DNA from: Bilabrum cf. latius
Lineage: Eukaryota
Assembly (NCBI GenBank): GCA_965178125.1
Contig: OZ237742.1
Location: 992,001-1,056,000, forward strand
Reading direction: 5' to 3'
Length of the DNA: 64,000 nt
Positions 38,672 through 51,551 of this stretch are shown piece by piece. A model generated the notes under the pieces. That model was not told where the DNA came from. It worked only from the letters and a program-made list of their open reading frames with translations, and did not search any database. Position numbers and translations under genes: made by a program. Numbering within the stretch: position 1 is the first letter of the stretch; every line of letters begins with the position of its first letter.

Positions 38672-39735
38672 TAAAATTGAATTGCTGGCATTCTGGTTTT
38701 TTTTTATCAGCATGTATCAATTACGCAGAATGCAAATCTAAATAACACTGTGCAGTTTTATCCACTTAAAATCGTCATTATCCTTCTTGACGTCCAAAGT
38801 AAAAGTTCCTGCGCAGTAATCTGAACTTATTGAAGATAATGAGGGGTAACAGCAATAATGCCGTGTTACCAAATGCAGCCAAAAATGGTTTATCATACAT
38901 GAGAATTACATTAAACTTGGGTTTTTTTTAGCGCGCGACGCGTGCCTCAGCGAACGCTTCCTTTCTCTTTACCTGGAGATACCAATCTGTGCACCGATTG
39001 ATGCTGCATAATTCTACGGCGTGCGCGCTACCTGGAATTCCGAAAGACTATCGACACCCCACGCGATATTGACACCACTATATGTCTTCTATTTCTGTTC
39101 TTGTGTTTCTGTCTATCGGCCAGGTTTTGCAGGGAAGGGAGCTTTGGAGCTGCTTTTCCAATGATTTTCGGCTTCCTCCTTCCCACTTCGACACGATAAA
39201 ACTAATCAGATCAACGAATGGCATCCCCCAATCAACTGATTACAAACGTATGAAAGGTTGGCAATACGTGGTGATTTAACCCACTTTGCATTTCAAAAAG
39301 AATTCATTTAAATTTGCAATAGGAGAGGATTCTCAAAATGTATCGTGAGTCCTGATGCTTAGGTTTTCGTTTGGTTTTTTTGTTTCAGATTTTCCTGCTT
39401 CCACCCACGGTTTCGAATCGGATGCACGTTCAGAACCCTGTACCCTACCAGTGTGACATCGATGAGAAGCCCATGCTTTCGTTTGAACTAGGGGCGCAAT
39501 TCATGCAGGTTTAGGTTACACAATGCCTTGTATAATACTTATGTTCCCAGTATTTTTTTTCGTTTGACTGTTTGTTGTGCTGTTCATATACATATTATAT
39601 ATCGGGTGTCATACCTACACATTGTTGAATCAGTGATGTATCGACTCGGAAAGCGACCCGAGCGCAAGTTGGGTCTGGAAATTCGAATTCCAAGCGAACC
39701 ACAGGTGCCCCCAAACCGAGCCCATTATCAAACGC

Positions 39736-40224
39736 ATGGAGAGCGCTTTAAGTCGCATACCGAGGCAACTATCGAAATCTGAGACTAGGATAAGGTAGCT
39801 TGTGTAGCTTGGCCGTGGTCGTACAGCTTCTCGAGCAGACGAACCTCTCGCAGTGTATTCCTAGCATACGCCTACGCCAACAGAGAAGCCTGAACCTAGC
39901 ATTACCACGCGAGATTCAAAGTAGCCAGCGCTAGAAGATGGAATAGACAGTGTGGTATTGCTAGAGGCAGATTGCTAGGCTTCTGGTAGAGCTACGCTGG
40001 TGGCTTCCGAAGACCAGGAATTTCGATAGTTTCGGATGGAGCTGCCTGGAGTTATCACGTCCAACTTCTGCAAAGAGGAGCGTGATGGAAGCTAGAGTGA
40101 TAGTGAGGATGAGGGTGATTACTTTGCGCTGAGCTCAGACAAGGGTGCGGTTGTGCGGATCAAAGGGTTGTCACTAGATTCTGGCAGCGCGGTCGATGTG
40201 GGTCAGAAATCGCCCACCACATGA
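39736..40224 (+). CDS. Hypothetical protein (~162 aa), absent from the standard-code ORF track
   Basis: MESALSRIPRQLSKSETRIR...SDSEDEGDYFALSS...KSPTT; 7 TAGs and no TAA/TGA over the open frame 39637-40224. Confidence 0.45.
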
Positions 40225-40844
40225 CAATACCAAGGTGATATGTAAAAATAGGAGCCATGTTGGTTGTTAGAGGGAACAGTGTCCTGTCGGTGAAGAATTC
40301 AGTAGCACCTGCAGCTCTCAAGCCTGCCGCTCACACAAAGGCCATCGCATAGTGGCGGCACCTGTTCCATATTGTTACAGCTGAGGTGACATAGATTCGC
40401 ATGATAACCCGAGGGCGGGGCGTCACCAAAGCACCTGCTTCGCCCTTCGCACGCACACGGGGGCGAAGACTCGCAACCACGCGTAGAGGTGCGATGCACT
40501 GGCAGTACCAGCTGTAGATGCAGGCGTGTAGTCTCGGTCTTGGACCGCTCAACTCGTGCGGGGCCCTTAGATTGCACGGAGTCGCCGGTCCATGCACTGA
40601 CTGCCGCCGGAGCGCGTCTGCAAGGCTGTTTCCAACCTGGCATGGAGCGAGCACTGCATCTACTGCTAGTAGTAATGGCGCTTCAATTGAAGCGTCGTTC
40701 TCCGGGCGCCTCTTTTTTTTATTGGGAGGCGGCTGCACTGCTGCCAAAGCGGTCGCGTGATCTACACGGAATCAGTGCGGGGCTGGAGCCAGTCTCATAG
40801 TAGAGTACCGCCGGTCCTTTCTAGCAGCGATCACCGACGTGGCA

Positions 40845-41617
40845 TCAGATCGCGTTTGGCGACAATGACACGCCCAGAAACTGCTTTAGCAGCGTACATA
40901 CCGCGGATCCGAATTGCGGTGGCATCGCATCGCCTGGTTCCAGGAGAGGGTTCCGGAGTGCCTGCGCGCCATCATGGACAATAAGGGCATATTCCTTGAG
41001 TGAGGGCATGGCGCTGCTATGATGCTGCAGGCAGCGAGTCTAAAGTAACTTACTCTGCAATACAGGTCATCTAATGCGTCCAAGAATCTTCCAACCTGCT
41101 CATCCGTAGGTTTTGCGGCTGCATTCAATACCAGAACCGCCATATAACCGCAGCCAGTTCTAGCGAAAGACACGTAGTCCTGATACCTGTCGATCTCCCC
41201 CAAATATCTGCGCCTCAAATGGGAATGGGGAATCGCAACGCCGCTATTGGTATTGGAAGCACGCCGATTCATAATCTCACAGGATCGCGTACCACCATTT
41301 AACTCACAATCTCGGCGTACCTTCTGCTGCAACTTCCGCAAAATCAGCGGCAGAATGTGAGTAGAGCCGGGCTTGTTTCGTGGATGAACTCTACGCGGTT
41401 AAACAAAAAAAATGGCACGACGAACGTGAGCAATGAAGCGGCCCGGGCAAAGAGAAGTTAAAAACTGCACGCACTAACATCCCCATCGGTACTGGCTTCG
41501 AAGATAGCTGCTTCTCCGCAAGTGACAAGCAGCGCCATGCTTTAGAGAGAATTGAAGTATCCGTGAAGTCCGATTGGCTCTTGTTGACGACGAGCACTCA
41601 CAGTGCACTGCATCCAT
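40845..41617 (-). CDS. Sedlin/TRAPPC2-like longin-fold protein (5' exon structure uncertain)
   Basis: Splicing GTAAGT..CAG (41053-40962) gives YLGEIDRYQDYVSFARTGCGYMAVLVLN...VGRFLDALDDLYCRALRNPLLEPGD, which resembles the TRAPPC2/2L C-terminal half as I recall it. Ends at TGA. Confidence 0.5.
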
Positions 41618-41749
41618 TGCATCTGGGCAAGGTGGTGTGCTGATCGTTGCATGCGTGCTGCATGCCACAAAAAGATTACTTGAGACTGCATGTGTTTGTT
41701 CGAGCGAGATGAATGGACTACACAACGACAACAAAGCGGAGCAAACGCG

Positions 41750-43468
41750 TCACGAAGCTCCTTCACCCGCCTGCGCTGGAATCGCCTCGGCCTCCCCGCC
41801 AGCTGCTGCAGCGCCTGTCTCCCTCCCCTCCCCACTCGAGCCCCCCTCGCCCCTCGCCCCCTCCTTCTCCTCCTCCTGACGCGCCCTCCACGCCAAGCAG
41901 TCCCTCCGAGGGCCCCCCAGCACACCGTCCAGCTCCTCCGCCGCCACCTCCAGGGCATCGTTCACGATCCAAGTGTCCCACCTGAGCCCCCGCGCCTCCT
42001 CTGCCTCCCTCCTCGCCGCACCCAGCCGCACTCCCAGCTGCTCCTCGCTCTCAGTGCCACGCCCACGCAGCCGAGTCTCCAGCACGTCCCCAGGCGGTGG
42101 TGTGACGAACACGTACCTGCCCACATCCAGGCCCAGATCCTGGCAGGCCCTGACCCCCTGCACGTCGATGTCCAGCAGGCACACCCTGCCAGCCCCGCAC
42201 ACTCTCTCCACGGCCGCCTTGCTGGTGCCGTACAGGTTGCGGTGCACCTCCGCATGCTCGATGAATTCCTTGCGACCAATCATGCCGAGCATCTGCTCGC
42301 GGGTCACGAACGAGTAGTCCACTCCGTCCTTCTCCTGACCCCGAGGGGCCCTCGTCGTGTGGCTCACGCTGAAACCGAACACGTCTGGTCTCTTGGCAAG
42401 CAGTTTCTGGATCATCGCGCTCTTCCCCACACCACTGGGCCCACACACCACCACGGGCCGGCACCGGGGCACTGGCTGCTCCTCCCCCTCGCCCTCTCCC
42501 TTCTCACTGCTCAGCAGCTCGGACGGAGAAGGCACTCCGGACGGGCGCACGAAAACGTCCTCGTCCTACCCGCTGGCGACTGCACCGCCATTCGATGCAC
42601 CCTTTTCCTTGTCTTTACCACTGTCCTGGCTTGCATCAGCCCCAGCCCCAGCCCCGCTCAATGGACCTTCCACAGCCTCGGCCCCTGCCTTCGCTTCCCC
42701 TGCCTCCTGCCCGTCACTGTCTTTCTCGTTCTGCTTCTCATTCTCACCGGGACCCTCTTTCGGTTCCGAGCTGCTAGCAGCCCCGCTGTCCACCGCCCCT
42801 TCCGCCTTCTGGCCACCGTCGCCCTTTTCTCCTGCGCCAGCCCCCGCCCCCGACCGCAACGAGGCGTGCATGCGGCGGGCCCTCTCCACGGCTGCCTTGC
42901 CCGCGCCCACCAGGTACCGGACCATCTCGGGGTGCTCGGCAACTGCGTTCGCGAAGGATTGAAGCGACAGGCTGCCGCCCTCGGGCGCTTGCTTCATGGC
43001 GTCGGTGACGAGGGCATCCAGGGTGGCGTCGTCGGGCACATCGTCCCCGAACCACTCGCAGGCGCTCCGCATGTGTCCCAGCGCAGCACGCAAATCCCCG
43101 GCTGAGACTTTGCCGTCGTGGTCCGAGTCTGACATGCTGAACGCAAACTTGATTCGCTCCGCTGCGCTGCCTCTAGTCAGCATGCTGAGCCCCACGATGA
43201 ACTCTCTCAAGTTGATGCCCCCAGATAGGTTCGCGTCAACCACCGCAAAAATTCGACGGAGAACGCCGGCATCTTCCCCACCAATTCCAACGGACTACAT
43301 TGCTTCAGTGAACTCTTCTGCGTCGATCGTGTTCGGATCTCCCTTTCGTTTCGCGATTTCAACAAACTTGTCCCGCAGACTGGTAACCTCCGCTCGATCA
43401 AACTTTGTTACATTGGCCATCGCACCCACAGCCATCGTCTAGAACTCTTTGCCATGCGAGTTTCCCAT
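41750..43468 (-). CDS. Calcineurin-B/NCS-like EF-hand domain fused to guanylate kinase (~572 aa)
   Basis: MGNSHGK start; EF hands DANLSGGINLREF and DSDHDGKVS; acidic linker; GK motifs GPSGVGKS, SVSHTTRAPR, EFIEHAEVH..LYGTS, LDIDVQG. One frame with 3 TAGs, including 42566; ends at TGA. Confidence 0.85.
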
Positions 43469-43675
43469 GCTTGCAAAGGCAGCGATCGGACGGGCAGCCC
43501 CCTCGAGTAGCAGACCCGCTGCTTCGTTAATGATTCATGTTGCCGAACGTTCGTTTAGCAGAGACGAACCTTAACGGATCGAATCTGCTCTCTCAGCCCT
43601 GTGGCACAGCAGAGTCAGAGCCATGCCTGGAAACTCACCGTAAATCGTGCGTCGTACTGCAAACAAAGGCTTAGT

Positions 43676-46600
43676 ATGCAGACTGTGTCCACTGCAGTAC
43701 GCTGGGGGCCGAGCCACGCGCACCAGGATGACATCAACCATGCAACGGCAATGTTAGAACATGCTGTGGATGCCTTCAGGAAGTTTAACTCCAAAATCGA
43801 TACAGTAGATTCGCATTTCGACAAATGGGCCGCGGATCGCAAACTAGTGAGCCGGAAACGACTGGCACGGACCCTGCAGTTTGCGTTGGCACCAATCGAC
43901 GCCCATCGTTCCCGCTCCTGCTCACTCCATGAACACCAATCCATCGCAGGAAGAGGACGAGGAGCCTTTTGTGCAGCAGCTTTTTTACGGCTCTGTCCGG
44001 CACAAGCCTGTGCTCACCGTGTTGCTGAACGCCCTGTACCACGCTTTCGGCGCGGAGCTGCCGCGCAGCGCCCACGACACCTTGCTCGTGATCGCGTACT
44101 GCGTGCTGTATCGAGCAGAAGACCTGGGAAACAAGCGTCTCGAGGCGGTCATGCAGGCCACCGAGCTGGCCAGGACGCACACGCTGCTCACCTTTCTCCT
44201 GGACAGGGAGCAGCTGGACCGCTGGTGCGTGGAGCAGTGGGCCAAGGCGGTCGACAGGGACTTCATACAGAACAAGCTGCTGGGGAGGCTGAAGAAGCAA
44301 GAGCCCTTCTTGCGCAGGTTCATGCAGCGGACGGCCCAGCTGGCATTCGGGGCAGAGCGTGCAGCAGGGAGCGCTGGTGGCAAAGGAGCCGAGGGCGTTG
44401 GCACGGGCACGGGCGAGGGGTCCTTCGGGGCGACTGGATCTGGCGCGCTTGCAACGGGGGCATTGGCAGAGACGGGAGCAGCGATCGGCACGCCATCCGC
44501 CTCGGGCACTTTGGAGCAGAAGACGAGCCACGCCTCTCGCAAGAAGGCGCAGCCCACCGTGCCCCGCCCCTTCGCTCTCACCAAGCCCAGGCCACGTGTG
44601 GTTCCCGCCCCGGAGCGGGTTCCCACCCAGGTCACGCTCAAGCCCGTGCCTGCCTCCACCCACGACCGCACTCTCGAGGACGTGCAGCGCAAGGCGGAGG
44701 AGAGGAGGAGGAGAGCGCAGGCGGAGACGGCCGCAAAGTACGCCGACCCCGGGCTGACCTTCCGATTGCACCGGACAAAGTCGAAGCTGGACGAGGTGCG
44801 GAGGGAGGTAGAGGCAAAGAGGGAGGCAGAGCTGGATTTCGACCGGCCCAAGGCCTCCAAGCCCCCGCGGCTGCCATCCAAGGGCGCGGACGTCAAGCTC
44901 AACACCGCTGCGGTGCTCAGGGAGGCTCACCGGGTCAGGCAGAAGCAGGCCAAGGAAGCAGACGTGCTCAAGCAGTACGAGACGGAGCTCAGGGACGCTT
45001 CCGAGTTCCACGCGTGGCAGGAGCAGGCGCGGGCAAAGGACGAGGAGGCCAGGCTCAGGGCGGTGGAGGCCCGCCGCATCGAGATGGCGGAGGCTGCCAG
45101 GGCGGGGGCGGAGGCGGCCGCGGCCTCCCGCGCGTCTCGGGCCAGGGTGGCCGAGGCTCGCCGGGAGGAAGCCCGCATCGCCCGGGAGCAGCAGCGGCTG
45201 GAGAGAGAGGCGCAGGAGGAGGCCAACCGCGCCCTGGCCTAGGATGTGAGGGAGACTAGGCTGTCGGGGCCCAGGGCGGCCGAGCGAGAGGTGAGGAACA
45301 AGAGGGAGGCGAGGGCGAGGGCTCTCCGGGAGCAGAAGCAGAGGATGGCAGACCTGGTCAAGCAGCGGCGCGCGCAGGAAGAGGCACTGGCGAGGGACCG
45401 CAAGATGCAGCTGCAGGCGCTAGAGAAGGCCCCCAAGCCGAGGGTGACGGCCTTCGACCCCGCGCAGTCCGCGAGCCACGGCCTGCTGTGCGAGATGTCC
45501 ATGGTCGAGGCCAGGGAGAGGATCGAGATGCGCAAGGCGCGCGAGAGGGAAGAGGAGGAGGAGCGCCGGCAGTCCATCCGCAGGGAGAGGAGGGAGAAGG
45601 AGGACAGGCTGAGGAGTCACCTGGAGGCGATGCGCATGGCGAGGGGGGCGGCTGCAGAGGCCAACTAGGAGGCGAGGAGAGAGGTGCAGGAGAGGAGGGC
45701 GAGAGAGGCGGCGGAGGAGGCCGAGAAGCTAGAGGCCGCGGCCGAGACGCTGGCGGAGCGTTTGGCGGCCAAGCGGGCCGCGCGAGAGGCGGAGCAGCTG
45801 GCCCTGCGAGAGGAGGAGGCCAAGAGCAGGCGGAGGGCGGCCTTCCTGGGGGCGGCGGCGGCGGCGGTGGAGAAGCAGCGGCTGGGGCAGGGACAGCTGA
45901 ACGCGGAGAGGGCGGCGGCTAGGGAACAGCAGAGGGCCAAGGAGCGGGCAAGGGTGGAAGAGCGGGCTGCTCGCCGCAAGGTGCGCGACAGGGCGAGGGC
46001 GGAGCAGGTGGGGCACCGGGAGCGGGTGCGGGGCATGTCGGCGCGGGCCAGGCGGTTCGCAGAGGCGGACGAGGAGCGGGCAGACTTCGCCGAGTCCCAG
46101 CGGCAGGCATCCAAGGAAGCCTTCATTGGGGAGGCGGCGCGGGAGGCTCGGCTGCAGGCCGCCAAGGCGAGCAGCAACGTGTACGCCGCCACCATCACGG
46201 AGAAACATGCCGAGGACGCGAGGCGCAGGAGGGCCCCATGGCTGGAGTCGAGGGCGGAGCAGCGGCAGGAGACCATGCAGGGGCGGCTGGGGCGGCTCAG
46301 CGAGCAGCAGGCTATGCGCACGGGCATGGCCCAGACGGCGGCGAGGGTCCGCACGGCGAGCAAGGAGACCAGGCGGAGGGCGGACGCCACGCTCCGGCGG
46401 TCTGCGCTCGAGACGGCCAAGCTGGCCAAGGGCATGGGGGCCTCGAGGACCAGGGAACAACGCACGGGCGGCAAGCTCTCGGGTAGGATGGCTGGGACCA
46501 GGAGTCGAGGCGGTGCCGGTGCCGGGGGGCGGGGCAGCAGGGCCGGGGAGGAGGCCTCGCCAGTCCCCTCCAAGGCCCAGGGAACAAGCGGAAGGGGAGG

Positions 46601-46700
46601 GGAGGGGTCCATTCGGGCCTCTGCGGCAGCTAGGCGAGGCGCCGCGTCTGTGCTGCAGCCCGTGCCTGCCGAGGCGGCGACGTGGTCGAAGCTTACGTGA
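43676..46700 (+). CDS. CFAP99: Cilia- and flagella-associated protein 99-like coiled-coil protein
   Basis: Intron 43847-43949 (GTGAGC..CAG). Motifs TVPRPFALT, VKLNTAAVLRE, ELRDASEFHAWQ, GLLCEMSMVEARER. TAGs at 45240 and 45666; ends at TGA. Confidence 0.75.
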
Positions 46701-46765
46701 GGTGCGGGTCCGATTCATTCACTTAGAGTCACTGTTTCATCCACGCACTTGATTGTGAGGAATGG

Positions 46766-47416
46766 TCACTTCCTCCCAGTGCTGCCATCCGCCAGACCAT
46801 CATGACCCTCCGAGTCGGGCCGGCCCGATGGCAGCCCCCCCGGCCCCCTGGCTGCCCTCGCGTGCTCCCGCAGCGCGGCCAGCACTGCTGTGTCGAGCTC
46901 ATGGGGAACCGGAGCGGTCCCCGCCATCAATCTGGCAAGGAACATGTCGTCGCACTGCAGAAGCCGCTCCAGCTGCCCCAGCTGTTCTTGCGCTGCCTCG
47001 CTGCCGCTGTCGGACGACGTCGTCTCGATCCAGTGCCTGGCGAACGATTCCAGCAGGGGGCCCAGTTCGACCCACCCGCGCTTTCCTGCCGTCCACAGCA
47101 CTTTCTTTCGCCTGCGATTTACGTCTGCCGCGGTCCCAGCAGGCTCGTCTTGCGCGGCCTTGTACCGCTACTTTGGGAACTCCTCCGCCTGCTGCTGCCG
47201 GTACTCTGGCTCCGGAAACTGTGACCGCACTTCCCCATCTAGTGTTACTCCACTAAACACGTTGTTCCGGCTGCCGTCCTCTTTTGTGAGACCCCAATCT
47301 GTTGTCGATGCGAGCCTGGTACCCGCGGTTGCAGTTGGGATCACCTTGCTCGCCAACCGTGCAGGCCGTCCCAGGCGGCGAAACCGGACGCACAAGCGGC
47401 CACACATTACAAGCAT
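46766..47416 (-). CDS. Divergent succinate dehydrogenase assembly factor 2 / SdhE-like protein with mitochondrial-like presequence
   Basis: MLVMCGRLCVRFRRLGRPARLAS presequence; RRKKVLWTAGKRGWVELGPLL (RGxxE) and LERLLQCDD. TAG at 47168; ends at TGA. Confidence 0.7.
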
Positions 47417-47576
47417 AGTAACAAGATTCCCATTGACACTTTGCAGCAAAACAAGCCCAACCGTGGCCGAGTGCCAGTGCCACGTCATCGCTTTGATGAT
47501 TTGGCTCCGAATCACGAATTCTCGCATTCCGAAACTACGCCATTCTGTCTCTACTGAGAAATATTTCGAGGTGAAA

Positions 47577-48308
47577 ATGAGTAGGGTGGTTATGAATAGA
47601 TGTAGACACTGTGTTTCGCGAGCATCGGCCCTCATTTTCCGGCCAATGAGGCTCCAGGCTGTTGCTCTTTCTTCAACAGCGGCTGATGACGATTTCGTCC
47701 GAAGAGCAGCACTCAAGGACCGTGAAATGCGATCGAAGCATTTCGAACTTAAGGAGGATTACCCGAAGGAATCGTTTGCGCCCGGAAAAGAAGAGTCCAC
47801 AACGTTTGACGAAGTGTACCGGAAGAGGCTAATCTATCGCGCCAAGCAAAGAGGGTGGTAAGTGCACCCACGGCAAGTAAGCAGTGATTTCATCACGTTG
47901 ATCCGCATTCATTGCCCTGCTTCTCCCCCAGTCTCATCTCCTGCTCAGGTTGGAAGTGGACTTGCTGCTGGGAAGCTGGGCCACAAAGCACGTGCATTCG
48001 CTGACGGAGGAGCAGTGCAGGGAATTCGAGGAATTGCTGAAGGTGGAGACACTGGACATTTATAACTTTATCATTGGCAAAGACATGCCGCCGGACGTGA
48101 GGACTTGATGTGCTGCCTCCGCATCTATCGAGCGCGTATGATTTTGGAAGCGAGCCTCATCCCACTGCGCTAACTGCCCCCTCTCGTCCCGCAGGCCATC
48201 GCGAGCAACTCAGTCCTAAAGATGCTGCAGGACTACACGAAGACGCAGCCCCTGGGCAAGGCGAGCCCCGAGGGATACGCGAAGGTCAAGCCCATGATGA
48301 GCAACTGA
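47577..48308 (+). CDS. SDHAF2: Succinate dehydrogenase assembly factor 2 (Sdh5)
   Basis: Introns 47858-47948 and 48097-48194. Spliced product YRKRLIYRAKQRGWLEVDLLLGSWA...ETLDIYNFI; ends at TGA. Confidence 0.9.
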
Positions 48309-48507
48309 GAGCCATCGCGCGTGGCGGTGCCATTTAGTGAAACTGTGTTTGATTGAATCGCCGAATCCAATGGTATGCACAGCTGATACCTTGCGAATCA
48401 ATCAAGCACCGCCGCAAGTGTTTGTCGCAGCAGCCCGCGCTCATCTCCCGTCTCGCCGCCGCGGCTTGTGCCCTCAGCAATTCGTGGAGGCCCGCCAGCC
48501 AGCAGGA

Positions 48508-51500
48508 TCAGCAGAACGACATGGGCTTGACGAGCGCCAGCCATCGCCGCACGGTCCTCTGCAGCAACGGGTCACCCCGCTGCGCCACCGCCGCTGCCTC
48601 CGCAGACGCCCTGGGTGCCAGTGCTCGAAGCAGGGTCGTGTGTGTCTGGGCCCCCGGCGTGGGCGCCGGGTCAAACACGGGCGATTCCTCCAAGGCGCTG
48701 CACAGCCACCAGCGCATCCCCGCCGCGCTGTCCTCGTCCACAGTCGCCACGGCGGTCCTCCAGTCCGTCTCGTGGCCCTCCACGGGGGGGCCGTACCCCG
48801 CCGCGCTCTCACGCAGCACCTCCTTGCCGCGCTGCAGCACGCCGCCGGGGCCGCCGCCGGCCTACCCATCGCCACCTGACCCCGCCCCCGCCTCCCCGGC
48901 GGCAGCACCGTCGGCTGCCCCTTGGCTGCCGCCGCCGTAGGACACGAACGGCAATGTCTTGGAGTCGGGCACGATCAAGGGCTCCGGATCCCCTACGGTG
49001 GCGTGGGGGGGCACCATCAGCTCGCGGCACCGCAGCACCGCAGCGTGCTGCGCGGCAGCCTCCCTGTCCCCCGCGGGCCAGCGCGGGTGAATGGCCCCCG
49101 CGCCCTCCTGGCACTGGGCTGACCTGGGTCCCAGCGGCCTCTGGTTCCACCGGGACCACTGCACCTCGAACGCCGCGCTGCACGTGGCGATCGCGGCGGC
49201 GCACGACTCCTCCAGCTGAGGGTCCTTGGCCACGGGGGGCAGCCCAGAGGCCTCGCACACCAGGCCGGGCCTGTCCGCGTCCTCCATGGCCGGCCGCACC
49301 AGCACGCCCGCCCTCCAGAGCCCCTCGGCAAGGGCAGAGGGGCGCATGGGCCGGTGCAGCAGAGAGCCCAGCTCGCGGATCCGGGGGGCCAGCAGCGCGC
49401 ACGTGTCGCCCTGCAGCAGCACCTGCAGGGTGAGCCTGGCCGTGTCCAGCGTGAACAGGCAGGCGGACTCGGGGGACGAGGCGGGACCCCTCGATGGGGA
49501 CGACCGGACCCCTTCGGTCCCAGGGGCAGCACCCGCTCCTGCTCCAGCAAAGACTCGTGGGGCCACCGGCCTGGCGCTCCACCCCTTGTACGGGATGTCC
49601 ACTTCGCGGGGCACAACGAGGGCCATGGCGGCCAGGCGCGTGGTCTTGAATGCCAGTTCCCTCGTGTCCTGGTCAAAGGCAGGCCCGCAGTCCTCCTCCT
49701 CCACCCACTGGCCCTTCCCCACGTCCCTGTAGCAGACCCTCAGGTCCTCGGGCACGAGCAGGTCGTCGGGCATGCGCACGTACAGCCGGGCGGCAGCCGC
49801 CATTCCCTGGCCCTCGTTGGGGTGCGGCCGGCGCTCGACCCCCTCCGCCAGCGCCGTCGTGCGCTGCATGTGCCACCGCTTCACGGTCTTGCCCTCCCCC
49901 GGCCGGGTGAGGAGCTCCGCAAAGACCACCCCGCCCAGCGGGACGTCATCGCTGGGCAGCAAACTGGGGTCCGTCCTGGCCCTGGCCTTCCGTGGCTCGG
50001 GTGGCACGGGGCCCGACCCGCTGAGCTGCTTGATTTTGAGCGCCGCCTCCGATTCGGGTTCTTCCTGCTCCTTCGACTCCTCACCCTCGCCCTCGGCCTC
50101 CCCCTCGGCGGCCCCTGCGGCTGCACCAGGGGGGTTGTCAGCCCCGGCCCCCGATGCTGGGGGCGGCTTGCCCCCTTCCTCCACCTCCTCATCCGCACCG
50201 CCCTCTTCCCCCTCTTCCCCCTCTTCCTCCCCCTCCTTGCCCTCCGCCTCGCCCTCGCCCTTCCCTGCGTCGCCGCTTGCCTCGGCCGCTGCTGCTGCTG
50301 CCACGGCTGCCGCGGCGGCGGCCGCCGCGTCCGTCTGGACGCTCTTCCGCCTCGCCCTGCTCTTGCTGCGAGCAATGGCTAGCTCGTACGCGAGTGCACT
50401 GCACGGCGGTGGCACCAGGTCGTTGGCTTTCGCAAAGGCCTCAGCATCGGCAGAGGCGTCGTCGGCGACGTCGACAGGCACGCGCACCACTCGAATCACA
50501 GAGTCTGGCGCCGTCAGCGCGCGGGGCAGCTCCAGTCGCACCCCCACCTCGGACCCCAGGTCCGCCCGCCCGAGCCGCAGGGGCGTGGCCATCGCGTTGC
50601 CCCAGATACCCACCCGAACCGGCCCGGCCTACCTGGAGAGCGAAATCTCGGGCTGTCCGGTCTTCCTCTCCACCGTGTACTTGCTCCTGTTGGCCAGCGT
50701 CCAGGCGCACCACCCATCCAGCCTCCTCCTCGTGGTGGCCCTGATCTTGCGCGCGAACTCGCGGGCTAGCGCTGCGCCCGCCCTATCGCCCTCTTCCGCG
50801 GCGCGCAGTGCCTCCGCGTCGGCCATCTGGGCCACCTGCTCTGCCACCTCGATGCGGGAGAGGTCACCCGTGTCCGTGTGTCCCCTATCCGCCGGCCTCG
50901 ACCGCACCGCCTCCTCGTCTTCCTCGTCCTGCTCGGCCAAAAAGGCGCGCATGTCTGGCTCCGAGGATGGGTCGGGAAGCGGGGAGCAGGCAGAGGTGAA
51001 GAGACGGCGCTCCGCTTCGGTCTTCCGCTTGGAGCGCAGCTGTCCCGACAGCCGCGCAGCGAGCGCTCGCTCCACCGCGGTATCTTCCTCGTTCTCGCCG
51101 CGGAGGCGCTCGAGCTCGCTGGATCGCGCCTCGCTGGCGGCGGTCCTTTGCGCAAAGTCATCCTCGGCTGCTTTCAAAGCCGCAGCCTCACGCTTCTATC
51201 GCTCTTCTGCGAATATATAACCTTGGATTTGGTTCGATTGAGCGCGGTGGGTCGCGCTGGGTGCTATAAGTGACAACGGAAGTTCTCGTTCGGGCAGCGC
51301 GACGGTCTCCGACATTGACAAACCCATCGCGGCTACGGCACATCGCAGAGATCACTGCACATACCTTCTCTGATTCGTCTTTCTTCTTCCTCCTGGGCGA
51401 GTCTCTCCGCCTCGATTTCCTCCTTGGACTTCTTCTTTCTTCGCTTTGGCTGCGATCGTCGTGCGCGCAAACACTGAAAGCAGCATCAGCGTATGGTGAT

Positions 51501-51551
51501 CCTGAATATGATAAGAATATAAATATGACATGCCTCGTAATCTCTCACCAT
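48508..51551 (-). CDS. CASC1/DNAI7 (axonemal dynein intermediate chain 7)-like protein, ~928 aa
   Basis: Predicted exons 51551-51549 (ATG only), 51449-51365 and 51206-48508. MPKRRKKSKEEIEAERL charged N-terminus; CSPLPDPSSE, VGIWGN, DIPYKGW, SRWN and C-terminal VKPMSFC. TAG-only breaks; ends at TGA. Confidence 0.65.

Noticed and set aside
40299-40747. Minus-strand ORFs, one with a KKKRR patch
   Set aside because: No ATG start, no motif and no clear splice pattern; cannot be supported.
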